Assembly (NCBI GenBank): GCA_028826165.1
Contig: JAPDFW010000007.1
Coordinates: 1 to 64,000 of the forward strand
Length of the DNA: 64,000 nt
Reading direction: 5' to 3'
Source: Anaeramoeba ignava BMAN
Lineage: Eukaryota > Protista > Anaeramoebae
In this document: positions 28,253 to 42,817 of the stretch, piece after piece
How the letters are laid out: every line of letters begins with the position of its first letter
How positions within the stretch are numbered: position 1 is the first letter of the stretch
Notes under the pieces: generated by a model
The model's input: the letters and a program-made list of their open reading frames with translations, nothing else
Told to the model about the DNA's origin: nothing
The model's database searches: none
Position numbers and translations under genes: made by a program

Positions 28253-31200
28253 ATGAATTCAAACAAAAATTAATCCAAGTTTATGGAGCAATTAAAACAA
28301 ATAATCTTAAATTTTTGATTAAACCTTTAAAAGGCTTAGAAGAATTTGAAAAGAAAATCAAATCTTTTTTATTTTATGCTCTAAAAACAATTCATCAAAT
28401 GAAATTATTCTAAAAACTTATTGAAAAAGGAACATCCATAAATTGGATTGACTATTATAAAAATGCACCTTTACATATTGCTTTACAAAATAAATATTCA
28501 AATCAAATTATTGAATTATTAATTTCCAAAGAATCTGATATTAATTCAAAAAATAATTGGAATGAAATACTTTACATATTGCTTTAAAAAATAAATATTC
28601 AAATCAAATTATCGAATTATTAATTTCCAAAGAATCTGATATTAATTCCAAAAATAATAAAAATGAAATACCTTTACATATTGCTTTACAAAATAAATAT
28701 TCAAATGAAATTATTGAATTATTAATTTCCAAAGGATCTGATATTAATTCAAAAAATAAATGGGATGAAAATACACCTTTACATATTGCTTTGAAAAATA
28801 AAAATCCAAATCAAATTATTGAATTATTAATTTCCAAAGGATCTGATATTAATTCAAAAAACTATTGGAATGAAACACCTTTATATATTGCTTTACAAAA
28901 TAACTATCCAAATGAAATTATTGAATTATTAATTTGCAAAGGAGCTGATATTAATTCCAAAAATAATAAAAATGAAACACCTTTACATATTGCTTTGAAA
29001 AATAAATACCCAAATGAAATTATTGAATTATTAATTTCCAAAGGATCTGATATTAATTCAAAAAATTATTGGAATGAAAATACACCTTTAGATATTGCTT
29101 TACAAAATAACTATCCAAAAGAAATTATTGAATTATTAATTTCCAAAGGAGCTGATATTAATTTAAAAAATAAATGGGATGGAAATGCACCTTTACATAT
29201 TACTTTAAAAAATAAATATTCAAATGAAATTATTGAATTATTAATTTGCAAAGGAGCTAATATTAATTCCAAAAATAATAAAAATGAAATACCTTTACAT
29301 ATTGCTTTAAAAAATAAATATTCAAAAGAAATTATTGAATTATTAATTTCCAAAGGAGCTGATCTTAATTCAAAAAATGAATGGAATAAAAATACACCTT
29401 TACATATTGCTTTACAAAATAAAAATTCAAAAGAAATTATTGGATTATTAATTTCCAAAGGAGCTGATATTAATTCAAAAAATAAATGGGATGAAAATAC
29501 ACCTTTACATATTGCTTTACAAAATAAAAATCCAAAGCAAATTATCAAATTATTAATTTCCAAAGGAGCTGATATTAATTTAAAAAATAAATGGAATGGA
29601 AATATACCTTTACATATTGCTTTGAAAAATAAAAATTCAAATGAAATTATTGAATTATTAATTTCCAAAGGATCTGATATTAATTCCAAAAATAATCAAA
29701 ATGAAATACCTTTACATATTGCTTTAAAAAATAAATATTCAAATCAAATTATTGAATTATTAATTTCCAAAGAATCTGATATTAATTCCAAAAATAATCA
29801 AAATGAAATACCTTTACATATTGCTTTATAAAATAAATATCCAAATCAAATTATCAAATTATTAATTTCCAAAGAATCTGATATTAATTCCAAAAATAAT
29901 CAAACAGGAAATACACCTTTAAATATTGCTTTACAAAATCAAAATCCAAATCAAATTATTGAATTATTAATTTCCAAAGGAGCTGATATTAATTCCAAAA
30001 ATAATCAAAATGAAATACCTTTATATATTGCTTTAAAATACAAAAATTCAAAAGAAATTATTGAATTATTAATTTCCAAAGGAGCTGATCTTAATTCAAA
30101 AAGTGAATGGAATAGAAATACACCTTTACATACTGCTTTGAAATACAAAAATTCAAAAGAAATTATTGAATTATTAATTTGCAAAGGAGTTGATATTAAT
30201 TCAAAAAATGAATGGAATAGAAATACACCTTTACATATTGCTTTGAAAAATAAATATCCAAATGAAATTATTGAATTATTAATTTCCAAAGGTTCTAATC
30301 TTAATTTCAAAAATAATCAAAATGAAATACCTTTACATATTGCTTTACAAAATAAATATCCAAATGAAATTATCAAATTATTAATTTACAAAGAATCTGA
30401 TATTAATTCCAAAAATAATAAAAATGAAATACCTTTACATATTGCTTTACAAAATAAATATCCAAAAGAAATTATTGAATTATTAATTTCCAAAGATTCT
30501 AATCTTAATTTCAAAAATAATCAAAATGAAACACCTTTACATATTGCTTTAAAAATAAATATCCAAATGAAATTATTGAATTATTAATTCTAAAGATTCT
30601 AATCTTAATTTCAAAAATAATCAAAATGAAACACCTTTACATATTGCTTTACAAAATAAATATCCAAATCAAATTATTGAATTATTAATTTCCAAAGGAG
30701 CTGATATTAATTCCAAAAATAATCAAAATGAAATACCTTTACATATTGCTTTGAAAAATAAATATTCAAATCAAATTATCAAATTATTAATTTCCAAAGG
30801 AGCTAATATTAATTCCAAAAATAATCAAAATGAAATACCTTTACATATTGCTTTACAAAATAAATATTCAAAAGAAATTATTAATTTATTAATTTCCAAA
30901 GGATCTGATATTAATTCCAAAAATAATCAAAATGAAACACCTTTAGATATTGCTTTACAAAATAAATATCCAAATCAAATTATTGAATTATTAATTTCCA
31001 AAGGATCTGATATTAATTCAATACATAGATGGAATCAAATACCTTTAGATATTGCTTTACAAAATAAATATCCAAATCAAATTATCAAATTATTAATTTC
31101 CAAAGAATCTGATATTAATTCCAAAAATAATCAAAATGAAATACCTTTACATATTGCTTTGGAGAATAAATATTCAAATGAAATTATTGAATTATTAATT

Positions 31201-34200
31201 TCCAAAGAATTTGATATTAATTCCAAAAATAATCAAAATGAAATACCTTTACATATTGCTTTAAAAAATAAATATTCAAATCAAATTATTGAATTATTAA
31301 TTTCCAAAGAATTTGATATTAATTCCAAAAATAATCAAAATGAAATACCTTTACATATTGCTTTACAGAATAAATATTCAAATGAAATTATTGAATTATT
31401 AATTTATAAAGGATCTGATATTAATTCCAAAAATAATCAAAATGAAATACCTTTACATATTGCTTTACAAAATAAATATTCAAATGAAATTATCAAATTA
31501 TTAATTTCCAAAGATTCTAATCTTAATTTCAAAAATAATCAAAATGAAATACCTTTACATATTGCTTTACAAAATAAAAATCCAAATCAAATTATTGAAT
31601 TATTAATTTCCAAAGAATCTGATATTAATTCCAAAAATAATCAAAATGAAATACCTTTACATATTGCTTTAAAAAATAAATATTCAAAAGAAATTATTGA
31701 ATTATTAATTTCCAAAGAATCTGATATTAATTCCAAAAATAATCAAAATGAAATACCTTTACATATTGCTTTACAAAATAAATATTCAAAAGAAATTATT
31801 GAATTATTAATTTGCAAAGGATCTGATATTAATTCCAAAAATAATCAAAATGAAATACCTTTACATATTGCTTTAAAAAATCAAAATCCAAATGAAATTA
31901 TTGAATTATTAATTTCTAAAGGATCTGATATTAATTCAAAAAACGAATGGAATCAAATACCTTTACATATTGCTTTGGAAAATAAATATCCAAAAGAAAT
32001 TATTGAATTATTAATTTGCAAAGGATCTGATATTAATTCCAAAAATAATCAAAATGAAATACCTTTACATATTGCTTTACAAAATAAATATCCAAATCAA
32101 ATTATTAAATTATTAATTTCCAAAGGATCTAATCTTAATTCAAAAAATAGACGGAATAGAAATACACCTTTACATATTGCTTTACAAAATAAATATTCAA
32201 ATCAAATTATCAAATTATTAATTTCCAAAGAATCTGATATTAATTCAAAAAATAATCAAAATGAAATACCTTTACATATTGCTTTACAAAATAAATATTC
32301 AAATAAAATTATTGAATTATTAATTTCCAAAGGATCTGATATTAATTCCAAAAATAATCAAAATGAAATACCTTTACATTTTGTTTTGAAAAATAAATAT
32401 CCAAATGAAATTATTGAATTATTAATTTGCAAAGGATCTGATATTAATTCAAAAAATAATCAAAATGAAATACCTTTACATATTGCTTTACAAAATAAAA
32501 ATCCAAATCAAATTATTGAATTATTAATTTCCAAAGAATCTGATATTAATTCCAAAAATAATCAAAATGAAATACCTTTACATATTGCTTTGGAGAATAA
32601 ATATTCAAATGAAATTATCAAATTATTAATTTCCAAATATTCTGATATTAATTCCAAAAATAATCAAAATGAAATACCTTTACATATTGCTTTACAAAAT
32701 AAATATCCAAATCAAATTATCAAATTATTAATTTCCAAAGGATCTGATATTAATTCCAAAAATAATCAAAATGAAATACCTTTACATATTGCTTTACAAA
32801 ATAAAAATTCAAATGGAATTATTGAATTATTAATTTGCAAAGGATCTGATATTAATTCCAAAAATAATCAAAATGAAATACCTTTACATATTGCTTTACA
32901 AAATAAATATCCAAATCAAATTATTGAATTATTAATTTACAAAGGAGCTAATATTAATTCAAAAAACTATTGGAATGAAACTCCTTTACATATTGCTTTG
33001 GAAAATAAATATCCAAATCAAATTATTGAATTATTAATTTCCAAAGAATCTGGTATTAATTCCAAAAATAATCAAAATGAAATACCTTTACATATTGCTT
33101 TACAAAATAAATATCCAAATGAAATTATTGAATTATTAATTTACAAAGAATTTGATCTTAATTCCAAAAATAATCAAAATGAAATACCTTTACATATTGC
33201 TTTGAAAAATAAATATCCAAATCAAATTATTGAATTATTAATTTGCAAAGGTTCTGATCTTAATTCCAAAATAGATGGGAATGAAACACCTTTACATATT
33301 GCTTTACAAAATAAATATCCAAATGAAATTATTGAATTATTAATTTCCAAAGGTTCTGATCTTAATTCCAAAAATAATCAAAATGAAATACCTTTACATT
33401 TTGTTTTGAAAAATAAATATCCAAAAGAAATTATTGAATTATTAATTTCCAAAGGATCTGATATTAATTCCAAAAATAATCAAAATGAAATACCTTTACA
33501 TATTGCTTTACAAAATAAATATTCAAATGAAATAATTGAATTATTAATTTCCAAAGAATCTGATATTAATTTCAAAAATAATCAAAATGAAATATCTTTA
33601 CATATTGCTTTACAAAATAAATATTCAAATCAAATTATTGAATTATTAATTTCCAAAGATTCTGATATTAATTCCAAAAATAATCAAAATGAAATACCTT
33701 TACATATTGCTTTACAAAATAAATATTCAAATCAAATTATTGAATTATTAATTTCCAAAGGATCTGATATTAATTTCAAAAATAATCAAAATGAAATACC
33801 TTTACATATTGCTTTACAAAATCAAAATCAAAATCAAATTATTGAATTATTAATTTCTAAAGGATCTGATATTAATTCAAAAAACGAATGGAATCAAATA
33901 CCTTTATATATTGCTTTACAAAATAAATATTCAAATGAAATTATTGAATTATTAATTTACAAAGGATCTGATATTAATTCAAAAAATAAATGGAATGAAA
34001 CACCTTTACATTTTGCATTAAAAAATCAAAATTCAAAAGAAATTATCAAATTATTAATTTGCAAAGGAGCTAATATTAATTTAAAAAGCAAATGGAATGA
34101 AATACCATTACATATTGCTTTAAAAAATAAATATTCAAATGAAATCAAAATTCTTTTAATGAGAGATTTGAATATTTTTGAATTGGAAAAAAACCAAATT

Positions 34201-35046
34201 ACTCAAGAAATGATTGATTTAATTCCAAAAATTTATTCATTTAATGAAGATTTAAACAATTTTTTGAAATCAAATGAATTTAAAGATATTGAAATTAAAA
34301 GTAATGATGGATCAATAATCAAAGTTCATAAACAAATTTTATTAATTAGATTTAATAATAATCCAAAAATTTTAACAAAATTTATTAATATTTGCAGAAG
34401 AAAACCAAAAGAAATTATTCAATTTGCATTAAATTTTCTTTATACAGGATTTATTGATTTTGATAAATTTATTGAAAAATTTAATCAAAAATTTATTCAA
34501 AAAAAATCACAAATTTATTCAGATTATCAATTCTTTTTTTCAAATGAAATTGAATTTGAAGAACAAAAAAAAGAACAAGAATTAATTTTAAATGAAATTG
34601 AAATTGAAAATGAAAAATATGAAAAAATATTAATTTATGATTTATTTAAAGAAAATGGATTTGATTCCAAATGGATTAAAGAAAAAGAAGGAATAAGAGG
34701 AATATTAAAAGATTTTGGAAAATTATATGAACAAAATGAAACCAAAGATTTTACAATAATTGTTGAAGAAAAAGAAATCAAAGTTCATAAATTAATATTA
34801 CAAATAAGAAGTGAATTATTCAAAGGAATGTTTTTATTAAATACATCAGATTCAACTAATCAAGTTCATGATTATTCAGAAAAATCATTTGAAACAATTA
34901 ATCAATTAATTTATTTTCTTTATAATGATAAAATTGATAAAACAAAAATAACCAAAGAAAATATTTCAGAATATATTGATATTTCAGAATATTATCAATT
35001 AAATCAAAATTCAATTTTTAATCAATTTTTACTTAATTTTGTTTAA
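28253..35046 (+). CDS. Ankyrin-repeat (~57 units) BTB-BTB protein, copy C; frameshifts in the 5' third and one in-frame TAA
   Basis: ATG at 28253 (MNSKQKLIQVYGAIKTNNLKF). The gene has 99/102-bp units and an uninterrupted 1431-aa frame at 30751..35046 ending in two BTB domains. Confidence 0.88.
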
Positions 35047-35162
35047 AAAAAAAATTTATAAATAAAATTTGAAAAATAAAATTTGAAATCCATTTTTTTT
35101 TAAATCATTTTTTTCCGGTTTTTTAATTATTTTTTTTTCCTGTTTTATTTTTTTAAAAAAAA

Positions 35163-38100
35163 ATGTCTTTCAAAAGTATTTCTGAAATAAATGAAAACAA
35201 ATTAGTTTTAGAACTTGGACAAAAAGTGTATTTAGTTGATTCTAATTCTATTCAAAAAGCTCAAAAAATTGCAAAAGAAAATGAAATGATAAAAAAGAAA
35301 AATAAAAAAAATCAAAAAAAAGCAAAACAAATTAAACCAATTAAAACATTAAAAACAAAAGAAGAGATTGAAAAAGAAAACAAAAAAATTGAAGAACAAA
35401 ACAAAAAAATTGCAAAACGAAACAAAAAAATTGAAAAACAAAACAAAAATAATGAAACAAAAAAAAATCTAAATTATAAAAAATTTCCTTTAATTCAAAA
35501 TTGGAATTTAATTCAAAATAATGATGTAAATAAACTTAGAACTGATATTAAAGAACAAGACTATAAAGTTCTTTCATCTCAATCTTGGAAAATTTTGAGA
35601 AAAATGTTTGTATAAAATATAAAATTCAAAATTAATTAAAATTAAAAATAAAATTAAAATCAAAATTAAATTTAAAATCAAAATTAAAATTAAAAATAAA
35701 ATTAAAATCAAAATTAAAATTAAAATTAAAATTAAAATCAAAATTAAAATCAAAATTAAAATTAAAATTAAAATTAAAATTAAAATTAAAATTAAAATTA
35801 AAATCAAAATTAAAATCAAAATCAAAATCAATATCAAAATCAAAATTAAAATTAAAATCAAAATTAAAATTAAAATTAAAATCAAAATTAAAATTAAAAT
35901 TAAATTCAAAATTAAATTCAAAATCAAATTCAGAATCAGAATCAAAATCAAAATCAAAATCAAAATCAAAATCAAAATCAAATTCAAAATCAAAATCAAA
36001 ATCAAAATCAAAATCAAAATTAAAATTAAAATCAAAATTAAAATCAAAATTAAAATTAAAATTAAAATTAAAATTAAAATTAAAATTGAAATTAAAATTA
36101 AAATCAAATTCAAATTCAGAATCAAATTAAAATTAAAATCAAAATTAAAATTGAAATTAAAATCAAAATCAAAATTAAAATCAAAATTAAAATCAAAATC
36201 AAAATTAATTAAAATCAAATTCAAATTCAAATTAAAATTAAATCAAAATCAAAACCAAAATCTAAATCAAAATTAAAATCAAAATCAAAATCAAAATTAA
36301 AATTAAAATCAAAATCTAAATCAAAATCTAAATCAAAATTAAAATCAAAATCAAAATCAAAATTAAAATTAAAATCAAAATCAAAATCAAAATCTAAATT
36401 AAAATTAAAATCAAAATCAAAATCAAAATTAAAATTAAAATCAAAATTAAAATCAAAATCAAAATTAAAATTAAAATCAAAATTAAATTCAAAATCAAAA
36501 TCAAAACCAAAATCAAAATTAAAATCAAAATTAAAATTAAAATCAAAATCAAAATTAAAATCAAAATTAAAATTAAAATCAAAATCAAAATTATTTAAAA
36601 TCAAAATCAAAATTATTTAAAATCAAAATCAAAATCAAAATTAAAATTCAAAATTAAAATTAAAATTAAAATTAAAATCAAAATCAAAATCAAAATCAAA
36701 ATGAAAAATCAAAATCAAAATCAAAATCAAAATCAAAATCAAAATCAAAATTAAAAATTAAAATTAAAATCAAAATTAAAACCAAAATTAAAATTAAAAT
36801 TAAAATCAAAATCAAAATCAAAATCAAAATCAAAATCAAAATCAAAATCAAAATTAAATTAAAAACAAAATTAAAATCAAAATCAAAATTTAAAATTGAA
36901 ATTAAAATCAAAATCAAAATCAAAATCAAAATTAAAATTCATTTTATTATTAAATTATAGATGCGGAGGAGGACCAGAAATAGCCAGAAACATTGTGAAA
37001 AATGATAAAGAAAATCTAGAAATCGAATTAAATCTACAATCTATTGAAATCAATTATAAAAATAAAAAAGAAAATATACTTTTTAGTAAATGTGATTATT
37101 TAGATAATATAAAGAACAAAATTCAACAAAAATTTAGAATCGAAAAAAATGGTAATTTAATAATTAATTTCATCTTTTTTTTTCTCATCAAAATTATTTT
37201 TTAAAAAAAATCAAAAAAATTTGTTTTTCTTCTTCTTTTTTTTAGTTTCAATTTATTTTGGAAAGAAAACAAGAAAACAATTTAAAACAGGAAAACAAAT
37301 TCAAGATTATAAATTACCAATTAAGAAATTATTTATAAAAAAATCTAATTCAAATTCAAAATCAAAATCAAAATCAAAATCAAAATCAAAATCAAAATCA
37401 AAATCAAAATCAGAATCAAATTCAAAATCAAATTCAAATTCAGAATCAAAATCAAATTCAAAATCAAAATCAAAATCAGATTCAAAATCAGAATCAAATT
37501 CAAATTCAAATTCAAATTCAAAATCAAAATCAAATTCAAATTCAAAATCAAAATTAAAATCAGATTCAAAATCAAATTCAAAATTAAAATCAAAATCAGA
37601 TTCAAAATCAGAATCAAAATCAGAATCAGATTCAAAATTAAAATCAAAATCAAAATTAAAATCAAAATTAAAATCAAAATCAAAATCAAAATTAAAATCA
37701 AAATCAAAATCAAAATCAAAATTAAAACTAAAACCAAATTCAAAATCAAAAGCAGATTCAAAATCAAAATCAAAATCAAAATCAGAATCAAAAGCAAAAA
37801 AAAAATTGAATTCAAAATCAACAAAATTAAAATCAGAATTAAAATCAAAATCAAAATTGAATTCAAAATCAACAAAATTAAAATCAGAATTAAAACCAAA
37901 ATCAAAATTAAATTCAAAATCAAAATCAAAATTAAAATTAAAATCAAAATTAAAACCAAAATCAAAACCAAATTCAAATTCAAAATCAAAATCAAAACCA
38001 AAATCAAAATCAAAATCAAAATCAGAATTAAAACAAAAACCAAAATCAAATTCAGAATCAAATTCAAATTCAAAATCAACAAAATTAAAATCTAAATCAA

Positions 38101-41100
38101 AATCAGATTCAAAATCAAAATTAAAATCAAAATCAGATTCAAAATCAAAATCTAAATCAAAATCTAAATCAAAATCAAAATCAAAATTAAAATCAAAATC
38201 AAAACCAAAATCAGAATCAAAATCAAAATCAGATTCAAAATCAAAATCAGATTCAAAATCAAAATCAAAATCAAAATCAAAACCAAAATCAAAATCAGAT
38301 TCAAAATCAAAATTAAAATCAAAACCAAAATCAGATTCAAAATTAAAACCAAAAAAAAAATTAAATTCAGAATCAAAATTAAATTCAAAATCAAAATTAA
38401 ATTCAAAATCAAAACCAAATTCAGAATCAAAAGCAAAAAAAAAATTAAATTCAAAATCAAATTCAAAATCAAAATCAAATTCAAATTCAAATTCAAAATC
38501 AAAATCAAAATTAAAACCAAAATCAACAAAATTAAATTCAGAATCAAATTCAAAATCAAAAACAAAATCAAAACCAAATTCAAAATCAAAACCAAATTCA
38601 AAATCAAATTCAAAATCAAATCCAAATTCAAATTCAAAATCAAATTCAAATTCAAAATCAAAATCAGAATCAGAATCAAAATCAAAATCAAAATCAGAAT
38701 CAAAAACAGATTCAGAATCAAATTCAAATTCAAAATTAAAACCAAAATCAAAATTAAAATCAGAATCAAAATCAAATTCAAAATCAAAATCAAAATCAAA
38801 TTCAAATTCAAATTCAAATTCAAATTCAAAATCAAAATCAAAATCAAAATCAAAATTCAAATTCAAAATCAAAATCAAAATCAAATTCAATCGAATCAAA
38901 TCAAAATCAAAATCAAATTCAAAATCAAAATCAGAATCAAATTCAAATTCAAATTCAAATTCAAATTCAAATTCAAAATCAAATTCAAAATCAAAATCAA
39001 AATCAAAATTAAAACCAAAATCAAATTCAAATTCAGAATCAGAATCAAAATCAAAATCAAATTCAGAATCAAAATCAGAATCAAAATCAAATTCAGAATC
39101 AAAATCAGAATCAAAATCAAATTCAAATTCAAATTCAAAATCAAATTCAAATTCAAATTCAAAATCAAAATCAAATTCAAAATCAGAATCAAAATCAAAA
39201 TCAAATTCAGAATCAAAATCAAAATCAAATTCAGAATCAAAATCAGAATCAAAATCAAAATCAAATTCAGAATTAAATTCAAAATTAAATTCAAAATCAA
39301 AATCAAATTCAAAATCAAAATCAAAATCAGAATCAAAATCAGAATCAGAATCAAAATCAGAATCAGAATCAGAATCAGAATCAGAATCAAAATCAGAATC
39401 AAAATCAGAATCAAAATCAGAATCAGAATCAAAATCAAAATCAAAATCAAAATCAAAATCAAAACCAGAATCAGAATCAAAAAAAAAAATAATAATAATC
39501 CAAACAAAATCAACAACAGTATCAGAATCAGTATCAGAATCAGAATCAGAATCAAATTCAAAATCAAAACCAAAATCAGAATCAAATTCAGAATCAACTC
39601 AAAATCAAAATAGATCCATTTCGGATATTCGTAATTCATCCATCTTCTCAAGTAATACACCATTTGATAAAGGCTCAAATCTAGATTCAGATACAGATTC
39701 AACAGATTCAGATTCAAAAACACATGAAGAAACACTTTCAGATTCAGATCCTGATTTTCAAAACTCAATCTTTCAACTAAAATCAAATTCAGAACAAAAA
39801 TTAAAGCAAAATTCAGAATCAGAATCAAAAAAAAAAATAATAATAATCCAAACAAAATCAACAACAGTATCAGAATCAGTATCAGAATCAGAACCAAAAT
39901 CAAAATCAAAACCAAATTCAGAACCAAAACCAAAACCAAAACCAAAACCAAATTCAGAATCAAATTCAGAATCAAAATCAATAACAACAAAAAAATTGGA
40001 TGATAATCTATTTAATATTTATAATGAAGAATTACCAGTAAATTATAAAAAATTATAAAAAATTAAATTATAAAAAATTAAATTATAAAAAATTATAAAA
40101 AATTAAATAAATTTAAAGATACAAGAAGGACTTATTGGTCTTCTAAATATTTTAAACAGTTGTTATGCAAATTCTTCTCTTCAATGCTTATTTCATTCAA
40201 CTGAACTTACTACCTTTTTTTCTGAAAATAATTTCCAAGATGTTTCAGAAAATTCAATTCTTGGTTCTTTTATAAAAGTTTTCAAAGATGTTTGTATTTA
40301 AAAAAAAACAAAGAAAAAGAAAGTAATTTAAAAATTAAAATTCCAAAAAAAAAATTTTTAGTATCAAGGATGTAAAAAAAAAGTAATTGATCCAAAATGT
40401 TTATTAAATGAAATATTTTCTAAATCCCACTTGCAAAAAGAGAAACAAGAAGATTGCCATGAATTCACATCATTTTTATTAAATTCACTTCAAGAAGAAC
40501 TCAAAAAAATCAACAAAGAAAATGATATCATTTCAGAAATTTTTGAAATTCAAACAGAATCTATAATTGAAGGCAAGGATTGCAAACATTCGGCTAAAAT
40601 TGGAGAGAAATCATTTGAATTCCAACTTCCACTGACAGAATCATTAAGAAAACCAGGAACAAAAGACATTGCTGTTTTAACATACTATAAAAAAGATAAA
40701 CTGATTTCTATTGAAATTAATAAGGATATGTCTTTTGATGATCTTAAAACACAAATTGCAATGAAATCACAAACAGACAAAGACTTTCTCTATCTTTTTG
40801 TGGTTAAGGAAGAAAGGATTGAAAAATCGATTTCAACTTCAACACAATTTTTTGATAATTTGAACGAGAATATTTATGCTTATGAAATTCCCGAACAAAA
40901 AATACAAGAATTTGATCAATTTAGAAATCTATCAGAAATCAAAGTTGTTTTTAAGGATCAAAATGTTTTACTTGAAAGTATCAAAGAAAAAAGCCATTAT
41001 TCTGGATATGGTTTATTTATCCCATTTATTCAATCAAATGAAAGGCAAGACTTTAAAGAGGTCCAGCAAGAAAACTCAAAAGAAATACAAAATTCATTAA

Positions 41101-42731
41101 ATTTCAATAATAGTAATAATGAGTTACTCAAACCAAGCGATTTGACAGAATTTTTCAGAAAAACAAGTAATCCAACAACAGATGAGACCAAAGAAATGTT
41201 TTACAAAATATATTTTGTGGAAAATCCAAATTTTAATCAAAATCAAAATCAAAATCAAAATAAAAAAGAAAATTCTTTGGGATTGTTTTATTTAAGAACA
41301 CCAACTAAGCCTTATAGAATATCAACCTTTGAAATTATTAATCGGCAAAATCGAAAACAAATCCAGCACAATATGCTTAATAGTATGGATATAGGATATC
41401 CTTTGAATATCAAATTTTTCCAAAGAAAACTTGTTTCAAACAATAAAAATGATAATTCAAAAATTCAATTAACTGGATATCCCTTTATAATTCCATTAAT
41501 TAAAGGAGAAAATTCATACGAAACTATTTATAACAAAATTTCACAACAACTCAAATCTTTAGCGAAACAAGCAACTCAATCGCTTTCTCAATTTATTCCG
41601 ATTGTGGAATTGTTTCAAAAGTTAGAGATAGGTCTGAATTCCCATGACGATGATAATAATAACCAGAATATTTTTTACAAAATTCATTTCACTCGCAAAA
41701 AGAACAAGAAAAATAAATCAGGAAGTGAAGGATTTTTGATTCTAAGTTTCCCAGAAAGCCAAAACGAACTTTTCATTTATGAAATCAAATTCACAAGTGA
41801 GAAGAACAACCAAGAAAATGAATCCAATAATATCACTATAAAAATAGATAAATCCAATATCAAAAAAAAAGAAATTGAATCATACAAGAAAAAGGCGGAT
41901 TATTCAGGATATCCTTTATTGATTACTCGCGTTGTTTTAACTAAAAACAACAAAAAGGAGATTTACCAAAGAAATCTCGAAGAACTTAAACAAGCTTTGG
42001 AAAACAAAAAATATTTTGAATCAATCGACCTAACAAGTCTAGTTGAACAAGAAAAGCAAGATTCATTAAAAAGAACACAATCGCAAGTTCTTCTTAATAG
42101 TTATAAATTTGGAGATGAAGAAATATTTCAAATTTACAATGGCGAAAAACAGTTGAAACCTGAAAAGTCATTTAAAATTGATGATGAAAAAATTGAATTG
42201 AATATTTTATGGAATCCAATTGTTTCCAATTCTTTGTCATTTTTCAAGAAACCTTTTTTTAGAAATCTTCCAAGAGAAACATTTCATGAACAAATTCATT
42301 TATTAAGTTGCTTTGAATCATATTTTCAATGGGAAGACTTAGAATTTGATAATCAATGGTTTTGTGAGAAATGTGGGAAAAAAGTAAATGCAAAAAAGAG
42401 AATCCAAGTGAAAAAACTACCCAAAATAATAATAATTCAATTAAAGAGATTTTTTCCAACTGAAAAAATATTAACTAAAGTTAGTTTTGATGAATTACTT
42501 TCAATCTCACAATTTATTCCTGATTTTGGAAATGATATTATTTATGAATTATTTGCATTTTCAAATCATCATTCTTCATATGTTTACAGTGGACATTATA
42601 CTTCTTCTATTAAAGTATCTGGAAAATGGTATTTGTTTAATGATACTGAAGTTACTTTTTTAAGTAATTCTGAAATTCCTGATCAATCAGATGCTTATAT
42701 TTTATTTTATCGAAAAGTTGAGATTAAATAA
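35163..42731 (+). CDS. USP4/11/15-like deubiquitinase (DUSP + Ser/Lys-rich insert + peptidase C19), multi-exon
   Basis: DUSP-like QDYKVLSSQSWKILRKI|CGGGPEIAR spans intron 35606..36960. The Cys box GLIGLLNILNSCYANSSLQCL is at about 40110-40190. Other motifs are QEDCHEF, WFCEKC, LPKIIIIQLKRF, SGHYT, WYLFND and AYILFYR. Confidence 0.9.
35625..36940. repeat. (AAAATC/AAAATT)n hexamer satellite filling USP intron 1 (35606..36960)
   Basis: A GTTTGT donor at 35606 and a TAG acceptor ending at 36960 restore the frame. Confidence 0.88.
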
Positions 42732-42817
42732 ATCAAAATCCAAAATTCAAAATAAATAAAAATTGAATCAAAAATATTTTTATTATTTTTTTAAAAGTTT
42801 AAAAATCAAAAATGTTT

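Noticed and set aside
40620-42290. Intein or other insertion element in the USP catalytic domain
   Set aside because: No Cys...His-Asn intein ends or LAGLIDADG motifs were seen, and USP4/11/15 normally have a large insert at this position.
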